NCBI GenBank assembly: GCA_040752695.1 | Contig: JBFMGO010000004.1 | Coordinates: forward strand, 13,904 to 77,903 | DNA length: 64,000 nt | Direction of reading: 5' to 3' | Source: a bacterium | GTDB lineage: Bacteria; SZUA-182; DTGQ01 | Part shown: piece by piece, positions 56,795 to 64,000 of the stretch | Layout: every line of letters begins with the position of its first letter | How positions within the stretch are numbered: position 1 is the stretch's first letter | Position numbers and translations under genes: made by a program | The notes under the pieces: generated by a model | Told to the model about the DNA's origin: nothing | What the model saw: the letters and a program-made list of their open reading frames with translations, nothing else | The model's database searches: none

Positions 56795-57300
56795 GCAGAA
56801 GGGATTTCTCCTCTTCCCGAATTGAGAGGATCTCTCACTGGGCATTGATCAGCAGTCTTTTCATCCTTCTTTTTACCAATTGCGGTCTTTTATTTTCTTC
56901 TCTCTTGTTCATACGACACCTCTTCTGGTCCTCTCAAAATGCATCCACCATCCATCACGTGACCGGAATGTTCTTTTCCCTCTCCCTGCTTGTCAGTTTC
57001 TTTATTTGGATCAAAGATTGTATCCCCGATGGCGAAGACCTGGAATGGCTCAGGAGAGGAGGCCCTTTCAGTTGGGTCGCAGCACCTTTTGGCAGAGGAA
57101 AGTTTAACACGATCCAAAAACTTTACTTCTTTGGGACCATGCTTTTTGGGATCATGGCAGCATCAAGCGGCATTCTTCTTTGGAATCCATATCTTTTCAA
57201 ACGGGAATTGATCGCCTGGGGACATGTTTTCCATACCTTTTCTGCAACTTTTTTCACGGCCAGCGGGATTATCCATATCTACCTTCGGCATTTCAGGTAA
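56791..57300 (+). CDS. FdnI-like di-heme cytochrome b membrane subunit
   Basis: The start is set at ATG 56791 (ATGA overlap with the upstream gene). It has RIERISHWAL at the N-terminus, 4 TM helices, and conserved His residues (HHVTG, HVFHTF, HIY). Confidence 0.7.
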   Translation: MSRRDFSSSRIERISHWALISSLFILLFTNCGLLFSSLLFIRHLFWSSQNASTIHHVTGMFFSLSLLVSFFIWIKDCIPDGEDLEWLRRGGPFSWVAAPFGRGKFNTIQKLYFFGTMLFGIMAASSGILLWNPYLFKRELIAWGHVFHTFSATFFTASGIIHIYLRHFR

Positions 57301-57321
57301 CCTAAAAAAGGAAATGGCTTA

Positions 57322-57350
57322 TTGACCTGAGGATAATTAAATGATAATAT
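57322..57350 (+). promoter_or_regulatory. Putative sigma-70 promoter for trx-ccdA (TTGACC-N17-TAATAT)
   Basis: TTGACC at 57322-57327, a 17-nt spacer, and TAATAT at 57345-57350, 37 nt upstream of ATG 57387. Confidence 0.45.
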
Positions 57351-57386
57351 TAAAAAAATAACTGTGCTGGAGGGAAAAAAGATATC

Positions 57387-57713
57387 ATGAACGACATTAT
57401 GGCCGTTAGTCCAGAAGATCAATCATATATCCAACATGAGTGGGCGGTTCTCCTCTTCGAAAGCCCGTGGTGCGGCAGTTGCAAGGAGTTACTCCGTTCA
57501 ATGGAAAAACTCTCTCTGCCTGAGGGTGTCGATTGCTTTCTCGGTACGGTAGACATCAGCCAACATCAATCCATGGCCATTCAGTATAATGTAATGAGTC
57601 TTCCGACCGTAATCATTTTTCAAAAGGGAATCCCGCAGGAAAGATTTTCCGGAAAGCTGTCTGAAGAAAAGTTTTTCCAAAAAGTCAAAAGATGCATAGA
57701 GAATGTCACCTAA
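57387..57713 (+). CDS. Thioredoxin-fold protein (WCGSC active site)
   Basis: 108 aa with LLFESPWCGSCKEL and cis-Pro region MSLPTVIIF. It overlaps the ccdA start by 11 nt. Confidence 0.85.
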   Translation: MNDIMAVSPEDQSYIQHEWAVLLFESPWCGSCKELLRSMEKLSLPEGVDCFLGTVDISQHQSMAIQYNVMSLPTVIIFQKGIPQERFSGKLSEEKFFQKVKRCIENVT

Positions 57714-58413
57714 CTTATTTCAATTAGCTCAACAATATATTCAATCATCATCTTTCCTCGCTTATCCTGTTGTACTTCTTGGTGGAGTGGCGACTTCCTT
57801 CACTCCCTGTGTATATCCGGTTATCCCGATTATCGTGGGATATATCGGGGGCCAGGGAGACCGATCGAAGCTGAGCGGCCTTATCCTCTCCTCCTCTTAT
57901 GTGCTGGGCATGGCGCTGACCTATTCCTTCCTAGGCGCCTTTGCCGCTCTGACTGGCAAGTTTTTCGGTCAGATCCAGAATAATCCCATTGCTTATCTCA
58001 TTGTGGCCAATGTTATCATTTTTTTTGGTCTTTCCATGTTGGGGCTCTTTTCCCTGCCTGTTCCCTCTTTTCTTAATCGATCAGGATCAGTTACCCATCG
58101 GCGCGGAATTATCGGCGCTTTTTGGCTCGGCCTCGCTTCCGGGCTCATTACCGCACCATGCACCGTAGCTATCTTAGGTGCACTTTTAACCTTTATTGCT
58201 ACCAAACAAAATGTGATTTTCGGTGTCAGTCTTCTTTTCACCTATGCTCTAGGGATGGGCTTTTTGCTCATTCTGGCCGGAACCTTTACCGGATTTTTGA
58301 ATGCCCTTCCCAAATCCGGAATGTGGATGAAGCGGTTGCAGACCGTCTTCGGCCTCTTCATGATTGCTTTAGGCGAATACTACCTTATTCTGGCAGGAAG
58401 ACTCTGGATATAA
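57703..58413 (+). CDS. ccdA: Cytochrome c biogenesis thiol-reductant transporter CcdA (DsbD core family)
   Basis: 236 aa, 6 TM helices, with the two conserved Cys-Pro motifs SFTPCVYPVIPII and ITAPCTVAILG. Confidence 0.9.
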   Translation: MSPNLFQLAQQYIQSSSFLAYPVVLLGGVATSFTPCVYPVIPIIVGYIGGQGDRSKLSGLILSSSYVLGMALTYSFLGAFAALTGKFFGQIQNNPIAYLIVANVIIFFGLSMLGLFSLPVPSFLNRSGSVTHRRGIIGAFWLGLASGLITAPCTVAILGALLTFIATKQNVIFGVSLLFTYALGMGFLLILAGTFTGFLNALPKSGMWMKRLQTVFGLFMIALGEYYLILAGRLWI

Positions 58414-58514
58414 CGAAAGAAAATTACTGGGTATAAATCAATTTCTTGGATAAAATTTAAAGAGGGTTGAGGGCTCCTTGACTTTCCCCACAACTTCAGA
58501 AAGGAAAGAAATCA

Positions 58515-59087
58515 ATGAGAATGACGATATTACGAAAGATGACGATTTTTACGGCAATAGGATTTTTCTTAATGGTATCGAGCTGTAAAGCGCAAAAACA
58601 GGCTTCTGAGCAGGCTGGCGTCAATCAGAAAAATACAGCCGAGAAATCATCATCAAATGATGAGGCCAATAAGAAAGATCCCGCCGTGCCGGCACTGGAT
58701 TTTACCCTGCAGAGCATTCACGACCAAAAGGTCAGCTTAACTGATTTCCTCGGCAATAAAGTCATCCTGATTAACTTTTGGGCAACCTGGTGCCCATATT
58801 GCGTGGCCGAGATTCCCCATCTTAATAAAATTGAGAAGTCTCTGGCCGATCAGGTGAAATTTATCTCTATCGATATCGGAGAAAAACCTGAAAAGGTTTT
58901 GAATTTTGCCAAGAAAAAAGACGTTGCCTTCGATGTTTTACTCGATCAGCAAGGAGATGTGGCCAGAAGATATCGGGTCAAAGGTACTCCTACCAATATT
59001 GTTATCGATAAGAAAGGAAATATTGTCTATTATGGCTATGAGCTCAATAAGGCTGAGCAGGTGATCATGGGCTTATTGACCAAATAA
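58515..59087 (+). CDS. TlpA/ResA-type periplasmic thiol:disulfide oxidoreductase lipoprotein
   Basis: 190 aa with lipobox MVSSC, active site WATWCPYC, and cis-Pro KGTPTNIVID. Confidence 0.88.
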   Translation: MRMTILRKMTIFTAIGFFLMVSSCKAQKQASEQAGVNQKNTAEKSSSNDEANKKDPAVPALDFTLQSIHDQKVSLTDFLGNKVILINFWATWCPYCVAEIPHLNKIEKSLADQVKFISIDIGEKPEKVLNFAKKKDVAFDVLLDQQGDVARRYRVKGTPTNIVIDKKGNIVYYGYELNKAEQVIMGLLTK

Positions 59088-59092
59088 ATAAC

Positions 59093-59112
59093 GGGCCTTC
59101 TTCACAAGGCCC
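59093..59112. terminator. Shared hairpin between the convergent tlpA-like and coiled-coil genes (weak U-tracts)
   Basis: GGGCCTT-cttcac-AAGGCCC. The stop codon of the minus-strand gene lies in the loop. T-tracts are short on both strands. Confidence 0.4.
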
Positions 59113-59650
59113 CTTTCGGTGGGGGAAGCAGCTTTTCGATAAGTTTTTTTAAAAATGCGATCTCGTCTTTTTGGGTTTCCAAGGAGGTTTCCATGATCGT
59201 TTGCCTCCTTTGCATCTGCCATTGCATCCTGATTACGAACCCCAGCATTACCAGGGCTATCGTTACGAAAAGCCCGAACATCCAGGTGATGAGATCAAAC
59301 CGGCTGTTCATATCCGCACGCAAGTCATCGAACCGTTTGTCAACAGCATCAAATCGTTTATCCACTGCCTCAAATCGTTTATCCACTGCCTCAAACCGTT
59401 TATCAACTGCCTCAAACCGTTTATCAACTGCCTCAAACCGTTTATCAACAGCGTCGAATCGTCCAATCATCTCTGAACGAAGATCATCAATCCGGCCTTC
59501 CAGTCTTTTCTGCCCCTCTTCGAGCCGGGAAAGTCTTTCCACGATTTCTCTATCCGAAATGCGGGGAGCGACATCTACAGCAAATGCAGCCAAGGTATGA
59601 CAAAAGAACAGCAGCAGTAAAATAAAGGTATTAACGATAACTTTTTTCAT
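59102..59650 (-). CDS. Membrane coiled-coil protein with about 7 tandem heptads (RFEAVDK)
   Basis: 182 aa with signal-like N-terminus MKKVIVNTFILLLLFFCHTLAAFA. Then RFDAVDKRFEAVDKRFEAVDKRFEAVDKRFEAVDKRFDAVDKRFDD, TM segment LITWMFGLFVTIALVMLGFVI, and a short basic/coiled C-tail. Confidence 0.8.
   Translation of the reverse strand: MKKVIVNTFILLLLFFCHTLAAFAVDVAPRISDREIVERLSRLEEGQKRLEGRIDDLRSEMIGRFDAVDKRFEAVDKRFEAVDKRFEAVDKRFEAVDKRFDAVDKRFDDLRADMNSRFDLITWMFGLFVTIALVMLGFVIRMQWQMQRRQTIMETSLETQKDEIAFLKKLIEKLLPPPKGAL
59327..59473. repeat. 21-bp tandem repeat, about 7 copies, in frame within the coiled-coil gene
   Basis: Plus-strand units: atcgaaccgtttgtcaacagc, atcaaatcgtttatccactgc, ctcaaatcgtttatccactgc, ctcaaaccgtttatcaactgc (twice), ctcaaaccgtttatcaacagc and gtcgaatcgtccaatcatctc. 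The central copies are identical. Confidence 0.9.
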
Positions 59651-59734
59651 GCTTCCAACTTACCTCTCCGGGAGGTGGATTGTCAAGCCAAAAAAGCAAT
59701 TCATTGATAAGCAGATGCTCACGGGAAGGATTAA

Positions 59735-59764
59735 AGGGGCAGAATAAAATATCCTGCCCCTTTT
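59735..59764 (-). terminator. Hairpin terminator after the giant gene (A/T-flanked, potentially bidirectional)
   Basis: GGGGCAG (59735-59741) / CTGCCCC (59753-59759) with an 11-nt loop. It is flanked by AAA upstream and TTTTT downstream on the plus strand, about 100 nt after the 59863 stop. Confidence 0.6.
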
Positions 59765-59862
59765 TCTTGTTTACGAGGTAAGTAAATGTCGTGCTCTCAT
59801 TTGATACTATATATAAATCAATACACGCTTGATATCGACCTCTCCTGTGGCAGGGCAAGGTC

Positions 59863-62800
59863 CTAAGGAAATCTTTCCTCCTTGATTTCCACATAACCGA
59901 TGGTCTGACCGATCTGGACCTCTTCTCCCTGCAATACCTTAATGTCGATCAATTCTCCATCGCCTGGTGCTTTGAGTACGACATCTCCATGTTTTTCAAT
60001 TTCGATAAGGGCCAATGGTTCTCCTTTCTTAACCTCATCCCCTTCCATTTTGAACCATTCCCGGATAGTTCCCCTGCAATCTTTAATCCTCTCATCTTGC
60101 CACTGCCAGGAAAATCTACTCGTGCTTGCTTCCTCTTCATCCCATAGGGGAACGAAAAGACTTCCCTTGGCGCGAAGAAGCTCTTCAGGGGTGGGGACCC
60201 TGGAGGAGACCTTAGCCATAATCTGTACCAGACCCGGATCATACCCTGCCCGGTAGATACAGGAAGCTTCTCCGTTGTGGTCGGTTTCCAGAGTGGGATC
60301 ATACAATTGACCATTTCTCGAGGGATTCCCTTGCGAATCTTGCAGCTTGAGCTGAATCGTGGCCTGAGGGTTGCGATTATCATTGATATCTGAAACGGTA
60401 AATTTGATATGGGATAATTGTCCGCTGCCTGCATCGAGGATGGTGGAATCTGCTGTTATGATGAGCTTGGCCGGAGCATCACTCATCAGGGTAACAGATA
60501 TGATCCCATGAAGCGGTTGAGCCATATTTGGCTCTTCCACCCGGATGGCTGCGACATTAACGATTGCCGTAAGGACACGCTTTCCTGCCTCATAGTAAGT
60601 ATAGCCGCTTCCTGTTGCACCTGTGGTAATGGTTTGTGGACTCAAATGTCCTTCACCTTGTGTCAGCGAGAAGGTAACCCGATAGGGTTTGGTAACCGGT
60701 CTTTCGTACTTATCCAAAAGCCGAACCGTAATCCTTGACCGGCTGCGGCCATCTGCGGTTATTTTCTGGGGATCAGCCTCTAAAATCATATAAACGGCAT
60801 CGCCATCAGGAAGCGATAATAACTGCTTATTGTCCCACACTTTTTCCTTAAGTGTAATATTAAGACTGCTTTCGATGTAACTCGTTATATAGCCAACCCC
60901 GGCCAATCCGGTGTTCAAGTCTTTGGCAATGATCAAGGCAGTTTTAGCGGCATTACCGGCCGTATAGACGGCAGTGATTTGCCCGTAATTATCAGTGACA
61001 CTGTCAAAATCGATGGCAACTTTCCCATCCGGCTTCTGATTGTCGAAACCGCCGCCGCCGATTACATCCGTATATTCATCGGTCGTGGCCAGAGTCAGGG
61101 CCAGATGATGGTTGCTAACAGGGTTTTTATTAATATCCTCAACCCTGACGACGACCTTTGCATTTGCATTATCATCTGCATAGAGGTCTTTCGGATTCGT
61201 GGTTACCGTGATGATAAGACGGGTATCTATAGACAGGGCGGTCTCGCTGGCCTTACTGGACAGGTTTCCGGCCTGATCGGTCAAATATCCATAAACATTT
61301 ATTTTTTCCGCATCGTCTCCTGTTCGGATGGTGTAGGTTCCCTCGTATTCACCAGGTTTGGATTCGGTCATGGGAATCTTTTTCCCCTCAGGGCCGAGAC
61401 TGAAAAAGGCTATCTCCCCCGGATCTCCAATGAGGTGGACACACAACACATTTCCGGCCACCAGTTTTGATGTCAGTGTAGCTTCCTTGTGACCGGTGAA
61501 TTCTACCCTGGCGATTTTCGGGGGTTCCTTGTCATCCGAATGCACATTGATGCGCAAGGGTTTTTCTCCCTTGGCGAACCGCTCTTTTTTGGCCTGATCG
61601 AGCAATCTGGCAACCAGGTCGGCTCCCTTTTCCGTTGTCTGGTCTTGCGATTTGACCTGGTATTCTCCTCTATAAATCCCGGGCCTTACCTCATTCAGGG
61701 ATTGCCATTGAATAATTTCCCTGGAAGAAGATTCCCCGCCGATTTCCTTCAGGGAAAAGGATGCGTCGCAGCCGCGGTCACCCTCTACAACTACCCGAAT
61801 AATCCGGCCTGTTTTGACGGGGATACCTTCGGTATCATCTTTCACGGAGTAGATTGCCGGGGACTCATTTCTCTCCCCCAGGTCAATTTTGACCGCCTTA
61901 GAGACCTCCGACCTGTTCCCGGCCTCATCAACGGTCCGGGCTACATAATAATAGATGGCACCGGCATCGGCTTTTTCATCGATGAAGGTTGAAGTGCCTT
62001 TAGCGATAGTAATGGCGGGTTCTTGTGGGAAGCCGGGATCAAAAGCGGAGGTTGAGCGATAAATTTCTATAGAAGAATACGTTTTCGCATCGGGCGGGGT
62101 CCAGGTGATCTGCGGCCAGCCATAATTTATAGTACCGCTTATGACCTGTACTGGCGGAGGAGGATCGTTTTTAATTGTGATATTGCCGGCAGCCTTTTTC
62201 AGGGCTTTATTGCCCTGTGTATCCGCCAGATATCCTGTCACCTGTGCATTGTTCAGGTTCGTTCCGGCCGGGACTGAGAACTCCTGGTGATACACCCCAA
62301 GGCTTATTTCCTCCATGGGCTGATTTTCCGCCAACCCTTCGATGGTGAAAGTGGCTTTACATCCCGGCTCCCCCTTCATAATAAAGACGATTTTGTCGTC
62401 GGCCTTTTTTGCTTTCCCTTCGGTATCTTCCGTAATCGAGGCAATATACAGGCTCTGAGTGCGGCAGGCAACTTCGAGCGGGAATTTACTTTCAGTTCCC
62501 TTTTTATCAACACTCACAACAGAATACAGATACTGCCGGTTGATTTCGATCGAGTCATCGGTGAAGGAGGTTTCGATCAACAATTGGCTGGTCAACTTTT
62601 GAAAGCGGTTGTCCTGTATGGAATTACGCCGGTAGACATGATAGCCTGCAACCTCAGGATCGGAACTTTCCGGCCACTCTAATTTGACCACATCTACTTC
62701 AAAGGTGGCCTTCAAATCGGAAGGCTCGATGGGAATGCGGGTTACCGGGGTTGCACCCATCTCCTCGGAACGGGGACTTTCCATCCCATATTCGTCGACC

Positions 62801-63468
62801 GAAGAAATGACATAATAATAATTGAGGCCATTTTTTACCTTGAGATCTTCGAAGTAGGCACATTCAAGAGGAACATCGGTAATTTTTTGATAATCGCCTC
62901 CCCGACTGCGGCTTCGATACAGGTGGTATCCCCGGACCGAAGATTTGCCGCTGTCATCCCAGAACAGCTTGACCTTGCCGTCATCGCCGATGGCAGTGAA
63001 TTCGGCTGGTGGCATAATGCTCGGAGTAGCGAAAACCGGATCGGACGGGATACTTTCATTCCCGCTGAAGTCTACTGCTGTTACGCAGTAAAAATACGTC
63101 TGTCCATTCTTGAGGCCGGTATCTAAAAAGGTACATCCACAAACAGGGTCGTTATTAACCTTCTCATTCTGTTCTTCGCGCGTGATTCCGCGGTAAATGT
63201 TGTATCCGGCCAGATCCACCAGGGCAGTTCCATCCACATTTCGCGTCGGGGCGATCCAGGTGATCCTGACCTGGCCTTCCCCCCCTGTGGCCCGAATGGC
63301 CCAGGCAGGAGTGGAAAAGAGGGTGCCGATCAAAAGATCAACGATCAAAATGAATATCCCCAGCGTTTCCCGGCGAAGCCAAGGAGCAGATTTTGCCAAA
63401 AGCGGTTCATACGTTCCCTCTTTCCGACTCTCTTTCAGTTTCGCGTCATCCGATATCTTGATCAACAT
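59863..63468 (-). CDS. Giant envelope protein: N-terminal TM anchor, 4 FN3-like, 3 novel beta-sandwich and 3 Big_1/invasin-like Ig domains, C-terminal biotinyl/lipoyl-like barrel-sandwich domain
   Basis: The start is set at ATG 63468 (GAGGAG 9 nt upstream); the track TTG is at 63474. TM: LGIFILIVDLLIGTLFSTPAWA. FN3-like: VRITWIAP...YNIYRG...YFYCVTAVDFSGNES; KLFWDD...YHLYRS; KLEWPE...YHVYRR; ITWTPP...IEIYRS...YYYVARTVDEAGNRS. Big_1-like: ANAKVVVRVEDINKNPV; ITADGRSRSRITVRLLD. C-terminus: GTIREWFKMEGDEVKKGEPLALIEIEKHGDVVLKAPGDGELIDIKVLQGEEVQIGQTIGYVE. Confidence 0.85.
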   Translation of the reverse strand: MLIKISDDAKLKESRKEGTYEPLLAKSAPWLRRETLGIFILIVDLLIGTLFSTPAWAIRATGGEGQVRITWIAPTRNVDGTALVDLAGYNIYRGITREEQNEKVNNDPVCGCTFLDTGLKNGQTYFYCVTAVDFSGNESIPSDPVFATPSIMPPAEFTAIGDDGKVKLFWDDSGKSSVRGYHLYRSRSRGGDYQKITDVPLECAYFEDLKVKNGLNYYYVISSVDEYGMESPRSEEMGATPVTRIPIEPSDLKATFEVDVVKLEWPESSDPEVAGYHVYRRNSIQDNRFQKLTSQLLIETSFTDDSIEINRQYLYSVVSVDKKGTESKFPLEVACRTQSLYIASITEDTEGKAKKADDKIVFIMKGEPGCKATFTIEGLAENQPMEEISLGVYHQEFSVPAGTNLNNAQVTGYLADTQGNKALKKAAGNITIKNDPPPPVQVISGTINYGWPQITWTPPDAKTYSSIEIYRSTSAFDPGFPQEPAITIAKGTSTFIDEKADAGAIYYYVARTVDEAGNRSEVSKAVKIDLGERNESPAIYSVKDDTEGIPVKTGRIIRVVVEGDRGCDASFSLKEIGGESSSREIIQWQSLNEVRPGIYRGEYQVKSQDQTTEKGADLVARLLDQAKKERFAKGEKPLRINVHSDDKEPPKIARVEFTGHKEATLTSKLVAGNVLCVHLIGDPGEIAFFSLGPEGKKIPMTESKPGEYEGTYTIRTGDDAEKINVYGYLTDQAGNLSSKASETALSIDTRLIITVTTNPKDLYADDNANAKVVVRVEDINKNPVSNHHLALTLATTDEYTDVIGGGGFDNQKPDGKVAIDFDSVTDNYGQITAVYTAGNAAKTALIIAKDLNTGLAGVGYITSYIESSLNITLKEKVWDNKQLLSLPDGDAVYMILEADPQKITADGRSRSRITVRLLDKYERPVTKPYRVTFSLTQGEGHLSPQTITTGATGSGYTYYEAGKRVLTAIVNVAAIRVEEPNMAQPLHGIISVTLMSDAPAKLIITADSTILDAGSGQLSHIKFTVSDINDNRNPQATIQLKLQDSQGNPSRNGQLYDPTLETDHNGEASCIYRAGYDPGLVQIMAKVSSRVPTPEELLRAKGSLFVPLWDEEEASTSRFSWQWQDERIKDCRGTIREWFKMEGDEVKKGEPLALIEIEKHGDVVLKAPGDGELIDIKVLQGEEVQIGQTIGYVEIKEERFP

Positions 63469-63510
63469 GGTCAATCGCTCCTCATTATAATTATAATTCC
63501 GGCAGCTTGA

Positions 63511-64000
63511 TTATTTAGGTGGCTCTGGAGCCACGGTATCTTTTTTTATTTCTCCTTCTTCTCCTTTACGCAGTAAAAGAGGAGTAAATGGTAAATGGCA
63601 TGGAGTTGTATTACAGGTAATAGTGTCCCTGATCTGTGAATTATGCTCGTGAGTAATATCATGACAGCCACCTAAAGGATCATTGATAGAACAACTGGAG
63701 GCACCATTCACGGAAGCAAGAACAGTAGTCGCAGCCGCAGGTGTGCCCGGAGACTGATACCCACCTCCGCCCGGCAGAGGGCCGACTACAGCAGCATCAG
63801 CCAAAAGCCAGTCTTTCAATAGGTGACCTCTTTGGACACCGACGATACCCGTAACCGTACTTCCCACGAATGTTCCAAAAGTGGCGTGAGGATCATGACA
63901 ATACGTACACGATGCATTTTTTAAGTGGGTAGAATGCCCATTGAGAATACGATAGGGCTTGGTTCCGACTTTCGTAATATGACATCCGCCGCAGGCCCCT
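63511..64000 (-). CDS. Multiheme c-type cytochrome, C-terminal part (5' end beyond the window)
   Basis: Own minus-strand translation from the window edge: GACGGCHITKVGTKPYRILNGHSTHLKNASCTYCHDPHATFGTFVGSTV..., with two canonical CxxCH motifs (CGGCH, CTYCH) and no stop up to position 64000. Downstream are ...GGCHDITHEH and CNTTPCH. The stop is at 63511, 36 nt before the giant gene's upstream TTG at 63474 (42 nt before the called ATG 63468). Confidence 0.75.
   Translation of the reverse strand, partial: GACGGCHITKVGTKPYRILNGHSTHLKNASCTYCHDPHATFGTFVGSTVTGIVGVQRGHLLKDWLLADAAVVGPLPGGGGYQSPGTPAAATTVLASVNGASSCSINDPLGGCHDITHEHNSQIRDTITCNTTPCHLPFTPLLLRKGEEGEIKKDTVAPEPPK

Noticed and set aside
59327-59473. 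A check of whether the 21-bp tandem array could be a CRISPR array.
   Set aside because: The units are contiguous with no spacers, only 21 bp long, in frame inside a coding sequence, and no cas genes are present.
59631-59894. An 87-aa minus-strand ORF bridging the giant gene and the coiled-coil gene.
   Set aside because: It spans the predicted terminator hairpin, overlaps both neighbours' ends, and lacks an SD and recognisable motifs.

Overview
The window reads as a chromosomal segment of a diderm (Gram-negative-type) bacterium with mid-range GC by eye. No rRNA, tRNA, CRISPR array, transposase or integrase was found. Most of it is housekeeping. On the minus strand: the rpsU-dnaG-rpoD operon, a phoB-phoR-pstSCAB phosphate regulon, pheA, a fused NfnAB-type oxidoreductase and ppiD. 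On the plus strand: an ApgM-type enzyme with lysC, cimA, ispA-dxs, an envelope lipoprotein cluster (TPR lipoprotein, YcfL, LpoB, small OMP), znuACB, mreBCD-mrdA-rodA, and pssA-leuA-leuCD-leuB-asd. The lysC-cimA and pssA-leuA adjacencies recall Geobacter/Desulfobacterota synteny; this is from memory and is not a lineage call. Four regions stand out. (1) The best candidate for an undescribed system is an ~8.5 kb insert (30.3-38.8 kb) between rnhB and nfnAB. It has AT-rich spacers and three plus-strand genes for signal-peptide proteins. Genes 1 and 3 are each preceded by a near-identical 31-bp TTGACA-N18-TATAAT/TATTAT promoter module (28/31 identical). Gene 1 is a small cohesin+dockerin protein with a 4-Cys C-terminal domain. 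Gene 2 is a 1022-aa thermolysin-type (M4) protease with a tandemly duplicated Cys-rich/PPC unit. It ends in a domain that aligns by eye to the eukaryotic YEATS acyl-lysine reader, with the aromatic-cage positions conserved. Gene 3 is an 819-aa proline-linker, propeller-like protein of unknown family. (2) A DUF433/DUF5615 toxin-antitoxin-like pair lies between lysC and cimA, and a second, partnerless DUF433 gene sits inside the lipoprotein operon. (3) An FdnH/FdnI-like iron-sulfur/cytochrome b pair has no catalytic subunit nearby and sits next to a Trx-CcdA-TlpA thiol-reductant module. (4) At the right edge on the minus strand lie a partial multiheme cytochrome c, a 1201-aa FN3/Ig-like envelope protein ending in a lipoyl/biotinyl-like domain, and a membrane coiled-coil protein built on seven copies of a 21-bp (heptad) tandem repeat. 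Smaller items: a 40-aa hydrophobic ORF below the track threshold, a Pho-box-like 7-4-7 direct repeat, and several tandem or inverted repeats in spacers. All family assignments come from motif recognition by eye, and no database search was run.
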